This document shows, piece after piece, positions 47,261 to 59,462 of a stretch of 64,000 nucleotides of DNA. The stretch is from Macrostomum lignano (Eukaryota), in assembly GCA_002269645.1 (NCBI GenBank), contig NIVC01002616.1, positions 1 through 64,000 of the forward strand, given 5' to 3'. The notes under the pieces were generated by a model. It made no database searches. It saw nothing but the letters and a program-made list of their open reading frames with translations, and was not told where the DNA came from. Numbering within the stretch: position 1 is the first letter of the stretch; the number at the start of each line of letters is the position of its first letter. Both the position numbers and the translations under genes were made by a program.

Positions 47261-48227
47261 CAACTCTAAAAGGTGCCAAATATTTTATGTCTTGGTTGGG
47301 CTCTCAATCTCCCTGTCTCCTGGTGAGCGGGTGCCGCAGTCCCTGTCTCCCAGGCTAGTTGATGTCACGTCCAAAAGAGTTGGCACGAGTTGAGCTCATG
47401 TTATTCGTCGAGTTGTTTAAATCTTAACTTATTATTGTCGGAATCAAATTTCGACAATATCGGTAGGGCGGAATCAAACTCGATGACTTTAATTAGATAC
47501 CTTCAATTTAGTTTGAGCTTCACTAGAAATCCAAAACGCAATCAGGTGTTTTTTCGAATTCCAGAATCACAATGCAGTTTTATAACCGATTCAAGTTCCG
47601 GATATATTGTTCTTGTTCTAGTTTCTGGAACAGTCTATATGAGATGCCTCAATGCAGGGAGTCTTAAATTGCTTCCATCTAATGAATATTTATATAAATT
47701 TCCAAACTTTCGTGAACTTGCTTAGTATCGGAGTACATTAAAATTTAGAATATCCAAATGAATTTACAGTAGCATCAAATCTGTCCCGAATCGAAATAGC
47801 TTGCAAAACTAGAATTGGGCCTGGAGAAGTAGTTTAAAAGTGCATGAAAGGGAAGGACACAAAATAAATTTAGCTTCATACTGCTAGCAAATAAGTCACT
47901 AGATAAGTGTTCTGATCCTGCGGGTCCCTTTGTAGTCTGTTGCACGCTTTGTCGGCGAATTTGTCGGCAACTTCTTTACTAAGTCGGCACTAACAGCGGA
48001 GGAAATCCGGTGCAGAAATGAACCAGACAAAGCGATAAATCTTCAAATTTAAAAGTGTAGCCATTTTCGATTTGAAATTCGGAATGCTCAATAAAATTAA
48101 AATTAGACACAAACTTTCGTCAACACGCGTTAGAAGAGGAGCATTAGCAAAGCGTATTTAAAGGACTAATGATAGTTGCGACAAACACATTGATATACGG
48201 ATAAAGATTGTTTTGATAATTGTCAAG

Positions 48228-51200
48228 ATGAAGATTGTCAGCCTAGCCTTTCTCGTACACCTGTTCATCCTAGGGCATTTGCATCGACCGGTTAGGTCTC
48301 AGCAGGACACCGACCTGCAGCTTCAGTCTGGCCAATTCCAACGGCTGCTCATCTTCGTGGAGGATCGGCGAGGTGTTCAGAAGACTGCCAGTGAGCTACT
48401 TCGGCTGATTAAGGAGATAAAGGTCCGTCGGGACTATTTCCTGGCATACGGGGAGGATTGCTGAGATATCAAGGCTTTACGGGAGGAATTGTTGTGATGT
48501 CAAGACTTACAGGGGGAATGGCTGAGAAGTGAAGAATGGGGTCAGAAGCTACATGTAATTTATTGAAAAAAATTATTGTATCTCTTGTTGTGCCCTAAAG
48601 TGGGAGGGGGCGCTGATTGCTAGTTTATTTACTTATATTTGCTAGAATCGACTTATTGCTACTGATATTGGTAGGCTATAGTTAAAAATTTTTGAAATTT
48701 TTGAATACTGATTCGTGAATTGACAAATCGGTATTACATTTTGTCGGTTTGAGTAGCACCTAATAAGATTTAACATTTAGCAAGCACAGGTCTAATTCTT
48801 CAGCGCAAATTTACAATGAAAGCTAGATTTTATTCATTTGAAATACAAAATGCACCAGCGATAACCAGCTTTACGCATAAACTGCACCAAAATCTAGTGT
48901 GGAATACTCAGACAACCAATACCGGTATGGATCGCCAGCCAGTAAAAGAAATCCTTGAGGTTTCATGAAAAGTCAAGATGCACTACCAATTTGAATCTTC
49001 ACATACAATGTCGCTGAACTTCCTGTTTCAGCAGTTTGGCATTTAATTGTTGATAAATTATCATTGTTGTCGCTTTATTAATGAATATAAAACTTATTTT
49101 CCCCAGACACAACCGCTTAGCCAAAGAAAACTGATCGACCCTATTGTTGCAATTTACTTACCAGGTCGGTTTCAATGCGGCCTCCAGGCTGCTGCAGAAC
49201 TTGACCACTGCTGTTGGCCGCCCGATGAGGCTCGGCAGCGCCAGCGTCCTGGTGTCCGCCAGACTCGGCCGCGAGCTTCGAGCCGCCGGACTCCCGGTCG
49301 GAGACGCCAGGTGGCAGCGCCGGAACCGAGCCGACTTCGTTGTTACCCACGACGTCGACGCCGATACCGAGGGCTCGGTCGCCATGGAGACCGGATGCGG
49401 CAAGCCCGGCAAGAAAGTCGTCATGCAGGATGCGAGCTTCACGAATGACTCAAACAGCATTGGTGAGTGCTCAGTTGGTAATTGGTACTGAGCCAGAGCC
49501 CTAATATTCGCACACAATCAACTGACCGAGTCCAGTGTGGAACCCCAATTGCAGTGCACCGCAAGGTCGCTCTGTTCTTCTCGCAGTATCGCTGGGGTCT
49601 GCTGAGCGAGCAGCCGGTCGGCAGTCCGATCGAGACGGGTCCCGACGGAGAGCTGCGAGTCTCCGCCTGCTCCGCTGAGCTCAGGGTCCGACTGGCCGCC
49701 GCGGACGGCAGCTCGACGTGCGAGTTCGACGTGAACTCGCGTCGAACGTCTCGAGGCTGCGCGCCGAAGCTGAGCGAGTCGCAGCCGGACGGTCCGCTTG
49801 CGTCGTTCATGTTCGCTCCGTTCCACCGAGCCGTGAACCGCTTCTGCGATGCAAGGTCGAAGGAGCCTCAGCTGCAGCACAACGGCATGGTGGACAGTCT
49901 GATGAACAGGCAGTGCGACGGGCTGAGCGCAGCTGAAGTGCTGCGGAATCACCGAGACTTCTGGGGAACTCCAGACGGTACTCGGCCAGCACCTGGCGAC
50001 ATAAGTTTCGACGTCGTCGCTGAGAAGTCCAACAGACGCGTAGTTGTCGTCATGGACACCTCTGGTAGCATGAGTGTGAGTTTGGCTTTTTTACAAATAC
50101 CTTCTTGACTGCAATAGTTGAATTATTTTGTAAGGTTTTTTGAAATCATGAAATTATTTCACTATAGGGACTCAGAATTGCGATGATGATCAGCGCCGTG
50201 AACCAGTTTCTACTGGAAATAATCGAAGACGGTTCCGAATGCGCTTTGATCAGCTTTACAAACAGACATTCGGTTCTGTCAAATTTTGTAAGCATTCAGT
50301 CAAGAAGAGACCGAGAACGCCTGTCGAGTCTTGTGTCGAGACTCCATGCTAACGGAGGAACGTGCATTGGAGGGGCCGTTTCCGCAGCAGCTTCCGTAAT
50401 TCACAAAGCTGTTAATGTCAGGATTTGTATTGAATTTGTATTAAGCATGCAGACTTTGTATTTTAGATGCTAGGCTATCACGGTCCGGCTTCTGCATCTG
50501 CTACAGGTCAGATAATTCTTCTCTCTGATGGCGTAGAAGGCTGTCCCGGACGGCTTAACAGCATGGTTAGCTTCCTGGCTCATAGCAGCCTTGAGGTGGT
50601 GTCCATTCGCTACGGTGACAAAGCCGATTCGCGAATGGACCGATTGGCGGAGGTTACTGGCGGCCAGAAGTTCTTCGGTGGCACGTCAATCGCTGACAGC
50701 AGCGGCCTAAGACTGGCGCTGGGCGCTACGACAACCGCGATCGACGAGTCAAAGAGGACATTGACGGTGGGCTTGAATAGATAATTGCTTTTCATAATTT
50801 GTAAATGCACAAAAGTGACTGTGATTTTAAGTTCTTTTTTAATTTTTTTACAGCTCACCTCGGAAGAGATCGGCAGTAGATTCGTGCGTCGAAGGTTTAA
50901 CGTCGACGAGTCAGTCAGACGCGACCTGGTGTTCCGAGTGACAGTGCCATCAAACACGGGTGCCGTGACGCAGCTTCGGCTGCTGCTAAATGCGCCGTCG
51001 GGTCGTGAGTTCGGCTACAGAAACCGCTCTGACATCTACGAAGCGAATGCAGCGATTGGGACTGTTGCAATCCGGGTACCGGACAGCCAAATTCAGGTAA
51101 ACAAATTAATTTTCATGGCTATTCGCTATTTGATTTTTTTACTCCATTCAGTAACTATTCCGCAAGCAGAAAGGTATTTGGATACTGCGAGATGAAGCCA

Positions 51201-52482
51201 GCGAAAGCCAACCAGAAAGTCACCCGTCGACGGGAGCTGGAGGCTCCATCGTTGTCACGGGACGGTCGTCTGAGGATTCCGTTGAAGCTCCCGTAGTCCT
51301 AACGGCTGAAGTGCATCCGAGCATCGTTCAAAGAATTTCTGAGGAAACCAAAATTGCCGTCTTTGCTCAGCTACTCAGAGGTCACACGCCTGTAAGGGGC
51401 GGAAGGCTGTACGCCTCAGTGCGGTCAGATTCCAATTTGGTAGCTTCCTTCGATCTCATGGACAACGGTGCTGGTATGCTTGGGCTTCATTCGAATAAAA
51501 CAATTCACGAGCGTTACAGAAAATACAGATACAATTAATACATAATTATATAATACAGGGGCCGATCTGAAGGCCGGAGACGGCACGTATTCCGCCTACC
51601 TGCCTGTCGCTGAACTAAATGAGCCTCGAGACTTCTCTGTCTCAGTGAAGTCACTTTCCCCAGTGAGCCGCGTCACATCCGCTGGCAAGGTGACAGTTCG
51701 CTATCGGAATCCGAGCTTCAACAGGCAGCTGGTCCCACCGCCGAAGGTCATTGACTTCCGAGTGACGGTGAACACGCTGAACAACTCAGCTGTTCTCATG
51801 TGGACTGCAGTAGAAGATCCGACAGTGAAGAATGCATGTAAGTTCTTTTTTGAAGTAGTAGCTGAATCAGTATGTTTAATAACAATTCTAACTTTTAAGA
51901 CACCGCATTAACGCCCGAATTTCAGCCGCAAAGTACGAGATCCGGTACTCCAGCTCTCGCGAGCAGCTCATTAAAAACTTCTCAACTTGCCCGATTCTGA
52001 CGGTTCTGTCCGAAGGTCTCGGAGCTCCGGGCTCGACTGTGCAGCTGAACGCGTTTCATCAGCTCGCAGGCCGCGGCGCCGTCTTTGTCGCTGTCTCGGG
52101 CGTCTCCGCGCTCAACGTCAGCGGGCCGCAGTCAAATCTGATCGGCGTCGACCTGACTCCGCCCTCGGTGACGCAGCTGACGCACATCGGACTGCTGCCT
52201 GTCGGAGACGGGATGGGCGCGACGGAGCCTCCGTCTAGAATGAGCGTTCCAGGCCTGATTGTCGGCGTGACAGCCTCGGTAGCAGCTGCAGCCGGTCTGG
52301 CCTACCTGTCGATGGTGCTGCACCGCAGGGCAAGCTCGGCTCAACCAGCTTCGCTGACTAAACCAGCCGACACCGACACGAAGCAAGGCAAGGCACCAAG
52401 GTCGCAGAGTGCCAACAATGTCTCTGTTCGCTATGCCGACGAGTTTTTCGACGGTTCCACTTTGCCCACCCCGGCAATTTGA
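48228..52482 (+). CDS. CLCA: CLCA-like (calcium-activated chloride channel regulator family) type-I membrane protein, paralogue 1
   Basis: 9 exons: 48228-48422, 49165-49462, 49555-50075, 50168-50395, 50467-50766, 50854-51096, 51170-51473, 51559-51837, 51926-52482, all phase-compatible. Signal peptide, GCGKPG, RWG, FCDA..H, VVVVMDTSGSM (vWA MIDAS), GGTCIG, ILLSDG, DNGAGAD..DGTYS, FnIII-like region, C-terminal TM helix. Confidence 0.88.
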
Positions 52483-53132
52483 ACGAGCCGTGGAAAGAAT
52501 GGAAAACAAAAAGTTCGTTTTTATCTGTTGTAGTGACGAGGAGAAATTTATTGCTTTTTTTAATTATGAGTTGGTTGGTATCCTTCTTCCCAACTCAATG
52601 CGACTAAGCATGGATTGAGAGTTCGTATAAAAAACAGGGACAATTAACTGTCTTTTAGTTGTCCCTGATAAAAAACTTCAATATATATGATTGATGTATG
52701 ATATACGAAGGTATTAAATTTAATACTTTTTTGTATTCAGTATTACGTTTATGTAGGTGAAAAGTTCGATTTTTTTGACATACTTGCCACCAGCAAAAGT
52801 TTAACAACTACGAACTATAAAATTGAGAAAGTGGACTACTTATTAAGCGTTTATTCAGAACTTTCTGTATCGTTTTATTCGGAGAGATTTTTTTTTCATT
52901 TTTTTCATTTTCTAATCGGTCTGTGTACTCAAGAAATTTAAATTCAATTCAAACTACCATTTGCTTCGACTCTGTAGCATTTATCTATTTGTTTAAGTTA
53001 TTCAGTATGAGCCCGTAAATGATTGTGTTGCATTCGGATTTGAGCATATATTCGCGGAATTACGTTATGCCACTGAAGTATTGTGAGCACTAGTACGAGC
53101 GTAGTAGTAATAAATAAATGTCACATACGAGG

Positions 53133-53133
53133 C

Positions 53134-53202
<69 letters not shown>

Positions 53203-53516
53203 TGTTGTTGTTGTTGTTATTGTTGTTGTTGTTGTAGTGGTAGTAGTAGTAGTTGTTGTTGTTGTTGTTGTTGTTGTGTTGTTGTATTGTTGTTGTTATT
53301 GTTGTTGTTGTAGTGGTAGTAGTAGTAGTAGTAGTTGTTGTTGTTGTTGTGTTGTTGTATTGTTGTTGTTATTGTTGTTGTTGTAGTGGTAGTAGTAGTA
53401 GTAGTAGTTGTTGTTGTTGTTGTGTTGTTGTATTGTTGTTGTTATTGTTGTTGTTGTAGTGGTAGTAGTAGTAGTAGTAGTAGTAGTAGTTGTTGTTGTT
53501 GTTGTTGTTGTTGTAG

Positions 53517-53550
<34 letters not shown>

Positions 53551-53660
53551 TGTCGTTGTTGTTGTTATTGTTGTTGTTGTAGTGGTAGTAGTAGTAGTAG
53601 TTGTTGTTGTTGTGTTGTTGTTGTTGTTGTAGTAGTAGTAGGAGTAGTAGTATGAGTAGT
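53133..53660. repeat. Compound (GTA)n/(GTT)n microsatellite
   Basis: Alternating gtagta and gttgtt blocks between the two CLCA genes. Confidence 0.97.
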
Positions 53661-53893
53661 AGCAGTCGTCGATTTTTAGATTTTTTGAATGAAAATTATT
53701 GTTCCCATCCATAATACTCGTAGCAACTACTGATTTTGGTGAAACAGGAAGCGCGGCCACAGTAATCAACTGATAGCTTACCATTGCGATGGAATTGACT
53801 TCCTACTAAATTGCCGTTGTATGATAGTGACAAACTGCTAACTATAATTTAGGAAAGCTCCTTGTTCAGATAAGCAGCAATCTGAGACAAACA

Positions 53894-54282
53894 CCCTAGA
53901 GGACATTCTGTTTCTCAAACTTAGCAGATCTTGTCTCTGTGCCATTCTTAGCAGATTTTCTCAATCTGCTCGGTTCTTGCAGGATCTTCTAAGATGGGAG
54001 GTAAATTTGTTTTATTATTCATTTGGCTAAAGTGTTCTAGCTGAAATATATTTCTTTTATGACAAAAAGGGACAATAAATTTAAGAAAATATGCGATTCG
54101 AAGCTATAAAACGATATAAAAGCTAAGATCTTGTACCATGTAGCAAGTCGCCCAGATCTGGTAAGTTTACCTAAGTATTATTATAGCGAAGATCTTGCAC
54201 GTTCTTGCAAGTACTTGCGCAGCAACCCAAGAAGATAGATCACAAGATCTGCTAAGAATCAACAAGTCAATGTCTTTTAGGG
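53894..54282. mobile_element. Possible decayed MITE (CCCTA...TAGGG ends)
   Basis: ccctagaggacatt..cttagcagatcttgt pairs imperfectly with acaagatctgctaag..aatgtcttttaggg. Confidence 0.4.
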
Positions 54283-54517
54283 CATTAACCTTCTAGGTTT
54301 ACAAAGCTGGAAGTGATAATTGCAAAGCTGGCTAGAATCATCACAATGCAATGGGGGGACAGTGATGAAACGTAAACATACTAAATTTACTATCTGCGTG
54401 TACATGCATAAATAAAAGTATAATTAGCTGCGGTTTCTTCATTATTTTAAGTTCTAGAAATAAGTTATAAGAAAATCGACGAAATATTTTGTTAGCCTCG
54501 TTTTATCACTGACCAGG

Positions 54518-57500
54518 ATGCAGCTAAGAACGCTGTTAGTGCTTGTCCTTGCTGCACTGGAGCTGTCCGAGGCTCAGCAGGACACCCAGCTGCATCTGCA
54601 GTCCAGCCAGTTCCACCGGCTGCTCATATTCGTAGAGGATCACCGAATTGGCCAGCCGCCTGTCGGTCAATCGAGCCACCTGATTGAGAAGATCAAGGTG
54701 AGAATCAATTAAGGTCTTAACAAGAAGTTCATGCACAAACATCACTTAAGGATGAGTCACAGGTGCTCAATCAATCCGCAGAAAGGATTTAAGGACGCCT
54801 CCAGGCTGCTGCAGACTCTGACCGCTGCCGTTGGCCGCCCGATGAGGCTCGGCAGCGCCAGCGTCCTGGTGTCCGCCAGACTCGGCCGCGAGCTTCGAGC
54901 CGCCGGAATCCCGGTCGGAGACGCCAGGTGGCAGCGCCGGAACCGAGCCGACTTCGTCGTCACCCACGACGTCGACGCCGATACCGAGGGCTCGGTCGCC
55001 ATGGAGACCGGATGCGGCAAGCCCGGCAAGAAAGTCGTCATGCTGGATGCGAGCTTCACGAATGACTCAAACAGCATCGGTGAGTGCTCAGCTGCTAATT
55101 CGTATTGAATCAGAGCCCTACTAGTCTCACACAATCAACTGACCGAGTCCAGTGTGGAACCCCAATTGCAGTGCACCGCAAGGTCGCTCTGTTCTTCTCG
55201 CAGTACCGCTGGGGTCTGCTGAGCGAGCAGCCGGTCGGCAGTCCGATCGAGACGGGTCCCGACGGAGAGCTGCGAGTCTCCGCCTGCTCCGCTGAGCTCA
55301 GGGTCCGACTGGCCGCCGCGGACGGCAGATCGACGTGCGAGTTCGACGTGAACTCGCGTCGAACGTCTCGGGGCTGCGCGCCGAAGCTGAGCGAGTCGCA
55401 GCCGGACGGTCCGCTTGCGTCGTTCATGTTCGCTCCGTTCCACCGAGCCGTGAACCGCTTCTGCGATGCAAGGTCGAAGGAGCCTCAGCTGCAGCACAAC
55501 GGCATGGTGGACAGTCTGATGAACAGGCAGTGCGACGGGCTGAGCGCAGCTGAAGTGCTGCGGAATCACCGAGACTTCTGGGGAACTCCAGACGGTACTC
55601 GGCCAGCGCCGGGCGACATAAGTTTCGACGTCGTCGCTGAGAAGTCCAACAGACGCGTAGTTGTCGTCATGGACGTGTCGAGCAGCATGAGTAGGGTGAG
55701 TGACTTTAGCTTCGAGAACTAAATTCTTTGTGGCGAGTGTGCTGAGTATGAGGACCCTAAGCTAATGTGCAACCAATTGTTAGATCTACGAGCTATCGGC
55801 ATCTCAACAATCGACTAGTGTCATTCAAATTTTCGGCTTTGAGTTTTTAATCGCGCTGACTGAAATTACATGTATTGTATTAATTCATTTCTTTAAATCA
55901 TTAGGGAAATCGGTTGACTATGATGAAGAGCGCAGTCAGCCAGTTCCTGATGGAGATTCTTGAAGATGGCTCCGAATGCGCTTTGATCAGCTTCACGAAT
56001 GGGCATCAATTGCTTTCCGGATTCACGAAAATTAGGTCCAGGGAGGACAGAGAGAATTTGTCCAGACTGGTTGAAGCATTGAAAGCGTCAGGAAGCACCT
56101 GTATTGCTGGAGCTGTCCGTGCAGCTGCATCTGTGAGTACTAAGGATATAGCAGATATGTACGTACATGTACCAGTACGTACGCTCGTATATATCCCTCA
56201 GGCACTTTCACCAAGAAAATACGAGCCAGCAAATTTGATTGCGTTTTGCAGCTCCTTGGCTATAAGAACTCGGCCGGGCCATCTGCGACGACTACTGGAC
56301 AAATCATTCTTCTTTCTGACGGTGAGGAAGGCTGCAATGGGAGAGGAGGTCTGAACGGCCTCATCAACTCATTGTCCGATTCGAGCATTCAAGTGGTCTC
56401 CATTCGCTACGGAGACTCCGCTGAAATGCTAATGGACAGGCTAGCCGACGCGACAGGCGGTCAAAAGTTTTTCCAAAGCACAAACATCTTTGATGCCAGC
56501 GGACTGCGACTGGCTCTGGGCGGAACAATCATGGAGCTTGAGGAGTCCAAGAGGTCATTGACGGTGAGCTGTGCTGAAATACTGTTTGAACTCTGTTGAT
56601 TGATAGTTTATCTATATGCTGACGATATGGATTGCTTCTGAATTGATTTTCTCAAATTGCGGAAGTGTGCAACGAAGTCTTTACCACACCTAGACCGTAT
56701 TTATAATCCTTTTGGCAGCTGATCTCTGAAGTTATCGAAGGCCGCTTGACGCGTCGCAGGTTCTACGTTGACCACTCGGTGCGGCGCGACCTCGTGTTCC
56801 GGGTGTCTGCACCGGCCAAGCCTCGTAGAGTGCAGCAGCTTCGACTAGTGCTGACGTCTCCGTCAGGAGCGAACTTCAGCTATCGAAGTCCTTCAAGTAC
56901 ATATGAAATCAATGCTAAGCTCGGAACCATTGCGATCAGGGTTCCTGACTTGTACATTGAGGTAAGCCGAATCCAGCTGTGGCTGATGCCCATTCCGTGA
57001 AGTTTATAAAGTAGCGCAATTGCCACTCATATGGACACTTCAGAACGGTACGTGGACACTAAGAAACGAATACAACTCATCGGATGTCGGATTTGTCAGC
57101 AGCGATGGCGGCTCCATCGCTGTGACTGGGAGAGCAGCTGACAATGCCACTGAAGCCCCCGTTGTTCTCACCGCTGAGGTCAGTCCGAGAAAAGTGGACA
57201 AAATTTTTGTAAACACCACAGTTGTCGTGTACGCTCGTCTGTTGAGAGGTCATTCGCCCGTGACAGCTGGGAAATTGTTTGCCACTGTGAGATCCGATGC
57301 AGAACTGGTTGCCACTGTTGATTTGAGTGACAATGGAGCTGGTGAGGGAGTAAAGCATAAGAAAACATAATTGCATTGTACTTTGCAGCTTTGAAGCAAA
57401 AAATTTAGTCAACGGATTCTTGCGCAATTTAGGAGCCGATCTGAAGATCAGAGACGGCACGTACTCCGCCTACCTGCCCATCGATAAACTCAACGAAGCT

Positions 57501-58368
57501 CGCGACTTCTCCGTCTCGGTGACTTCACTGTTGCCTGTGAGTCGCGTCGCACCTGCTGGCAAAGTCACAGTTGATAAGGTGAACGCAGGATTCAACAGGC
57601 AGCAAGTGCCACCGGCTAAGGTGATCGACCTGAGAGTGACAGTGAATGCGATGGACCAAACAGCCATGTTAATTTGGACGGCGATGGAAGATCCGGTCAG
57701 ACCTAATACCTGTGAGCCGCGGCTTGCTCTGGTTGGAAATATATCAATGTGAAGTTTGTAATTCAGCGAATTTCCTTCCATTTTTGGTATCCCTGTTTAT
57801 TCCAGCTGTGAGCTATCAAATTAGATACTCAAAATCGCGTAGTCAGTTGATTGACAACTTTTCAAAGTGCACAAAACTGAGCTTTGTGTCCAGTGGTCTG
57901 ACCGGCCCGGACTCCACAATCGAGATGAACATCTTCTCTCTGCTGTCAGATAAAGGCGCCGTGTTTCTCGCCGTCGCCGGCGTCTCATCGGCCAAAGTCG
58001 TCGGACAGCAGTCTAACATCGTCGGCGTTGACGTGACGCCACCATCGGCTTTGGAGCTGAGTAGGCTGGAGAAGCTCGGTTTGAATGTCGACGGCATTCA
58101 CCTGCCGGCCGGTACGGCTGACTTCTCCGCCGTAGTGGCGGGAGTGTGCGCCGCAGTGGCGGCTGTGAGTAGTCTCGTTACTCTGTCGCTGGTGCTGCAG
58201 AGACGGCTGGGCCCGATGGCGATGTTTGCCTCGGCTGGAGCAGATGCAGGTCAAGCAGTGGGCCAGATGACCCTCAGCCGTGCGGCGGCGATGCCTCAGC
58301 AGGTGTGTGCGGACGAGAACGACTTTACTAATGATGTCTACGACGCTGTCGCCTTTGTGAACGACTAA
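54518..58368 (+). CDS. CLCA: CLCA-like type-I membrane protein, paralogue 2
   Basis: 9 exons: 54518-54697, 54782-55079, 55172-55695, 55905-56132, 56252-56563, 56719-56961, 57044-57341, 57433-57711, 57806-58368. Same intron positions and phases as paralogue 1. MDVSSSM, GSTCIAG, ILLSDG, TM helix. Confidence 0.88.
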
Positions 58369-59462
58369 AAGGAAAGCTCTAAAAAGAAGAAGTCGTCCTC
58401 ATTAAGAGTTTGTCGTTGAAAGTGTTTTGTTGAACAATATTTGAAATTGAAATTGGCTGTTTTCGGAAATTAAGATCTGAAGAAAGGAGAATTTTCAAGA
58501 TATATATTTTTTATTTAAGCCACGACATTTTTGTGAAGTTTGATTGGAATAACTAGTTAGAATTCATTACAGACTTACTGCAATAAATAAAATGTTTAAC
58601 CATACTACTGTTGCTCTCAAGGCTATGCTAATCTGCTTAACGAGCATACTCGTATATTAGGTCTATTGGCCTTGTTCCGCACTGTGTCGGAAAGTCAATA
58701 ATTATATACTAGAACATATAAATTTATTTATTTATTTAAAGCCCAATTTTCTGATACTCATGCCCGTAATTCAGAGATCAATGTTTTCACATTACATCGG
58801 ATAACGACGTGATACGTCGGCCGTACATGCAGCGGTGTAATGTAAAAGTATCGTGTTTTGTCAGCGACATCGATAGGCGTCGGATTGTTTTCCGGATATC
58901 CAGTCGGCATATTAGTATTTAATAACAATAGCATGCATGCCATCCGTTTTACGAAGCTGCAACTTTTTACCTTATTGGGTATGTTTATACTGTATCGTCT
59001 ATTTTATCTAGCTATAGTTATACTCCAGAGTATTATATGATTACAGTAATTTAATAAATCTAACAGTCGTTTCCGTTAATAAATGTCAATTTATTCAGGA
59101 TATAAGAACAAAAATTATCAGTGAATCAAATGCGCCTATGAATAGCGCAAGGTATCCGTTTTAATTTCTTTACAATGCAGATATTTACGCCTCTTTTGGC
59201 TTGACGACTTAAATTAGTATTGTAATTTTCAGCACTAATAATAGCATCACTACTCAACTATAAATTTATGTCTACGGTCATTCTGCAGTAAAAAACGTAG
59301 ATTAGACGCCCATGGAAATATTTTGATCGAGTTAGGTAGATTATTTTTATTCATAATTTTAGGGACTATGTAGTGTAAAATAGCGCGCTCTACCTTTCTA
59401 TTCCACATGTAATGAACCAGCTCCAATAACTCAATGCACGCCAGTCTAGAACAGTTCTAGAG

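Noticed and set aside
53083-53784. Poly-Val/Thr/Cys/Ser ORFs
   Set aside because: Translation of the (GTA)n/(GTT)n microsatellite.
49141-58254. Antisense and alternative-frame ORFs over CLCA exons
   Set aside because: Shadow ORFs of GC-rich coding exons.
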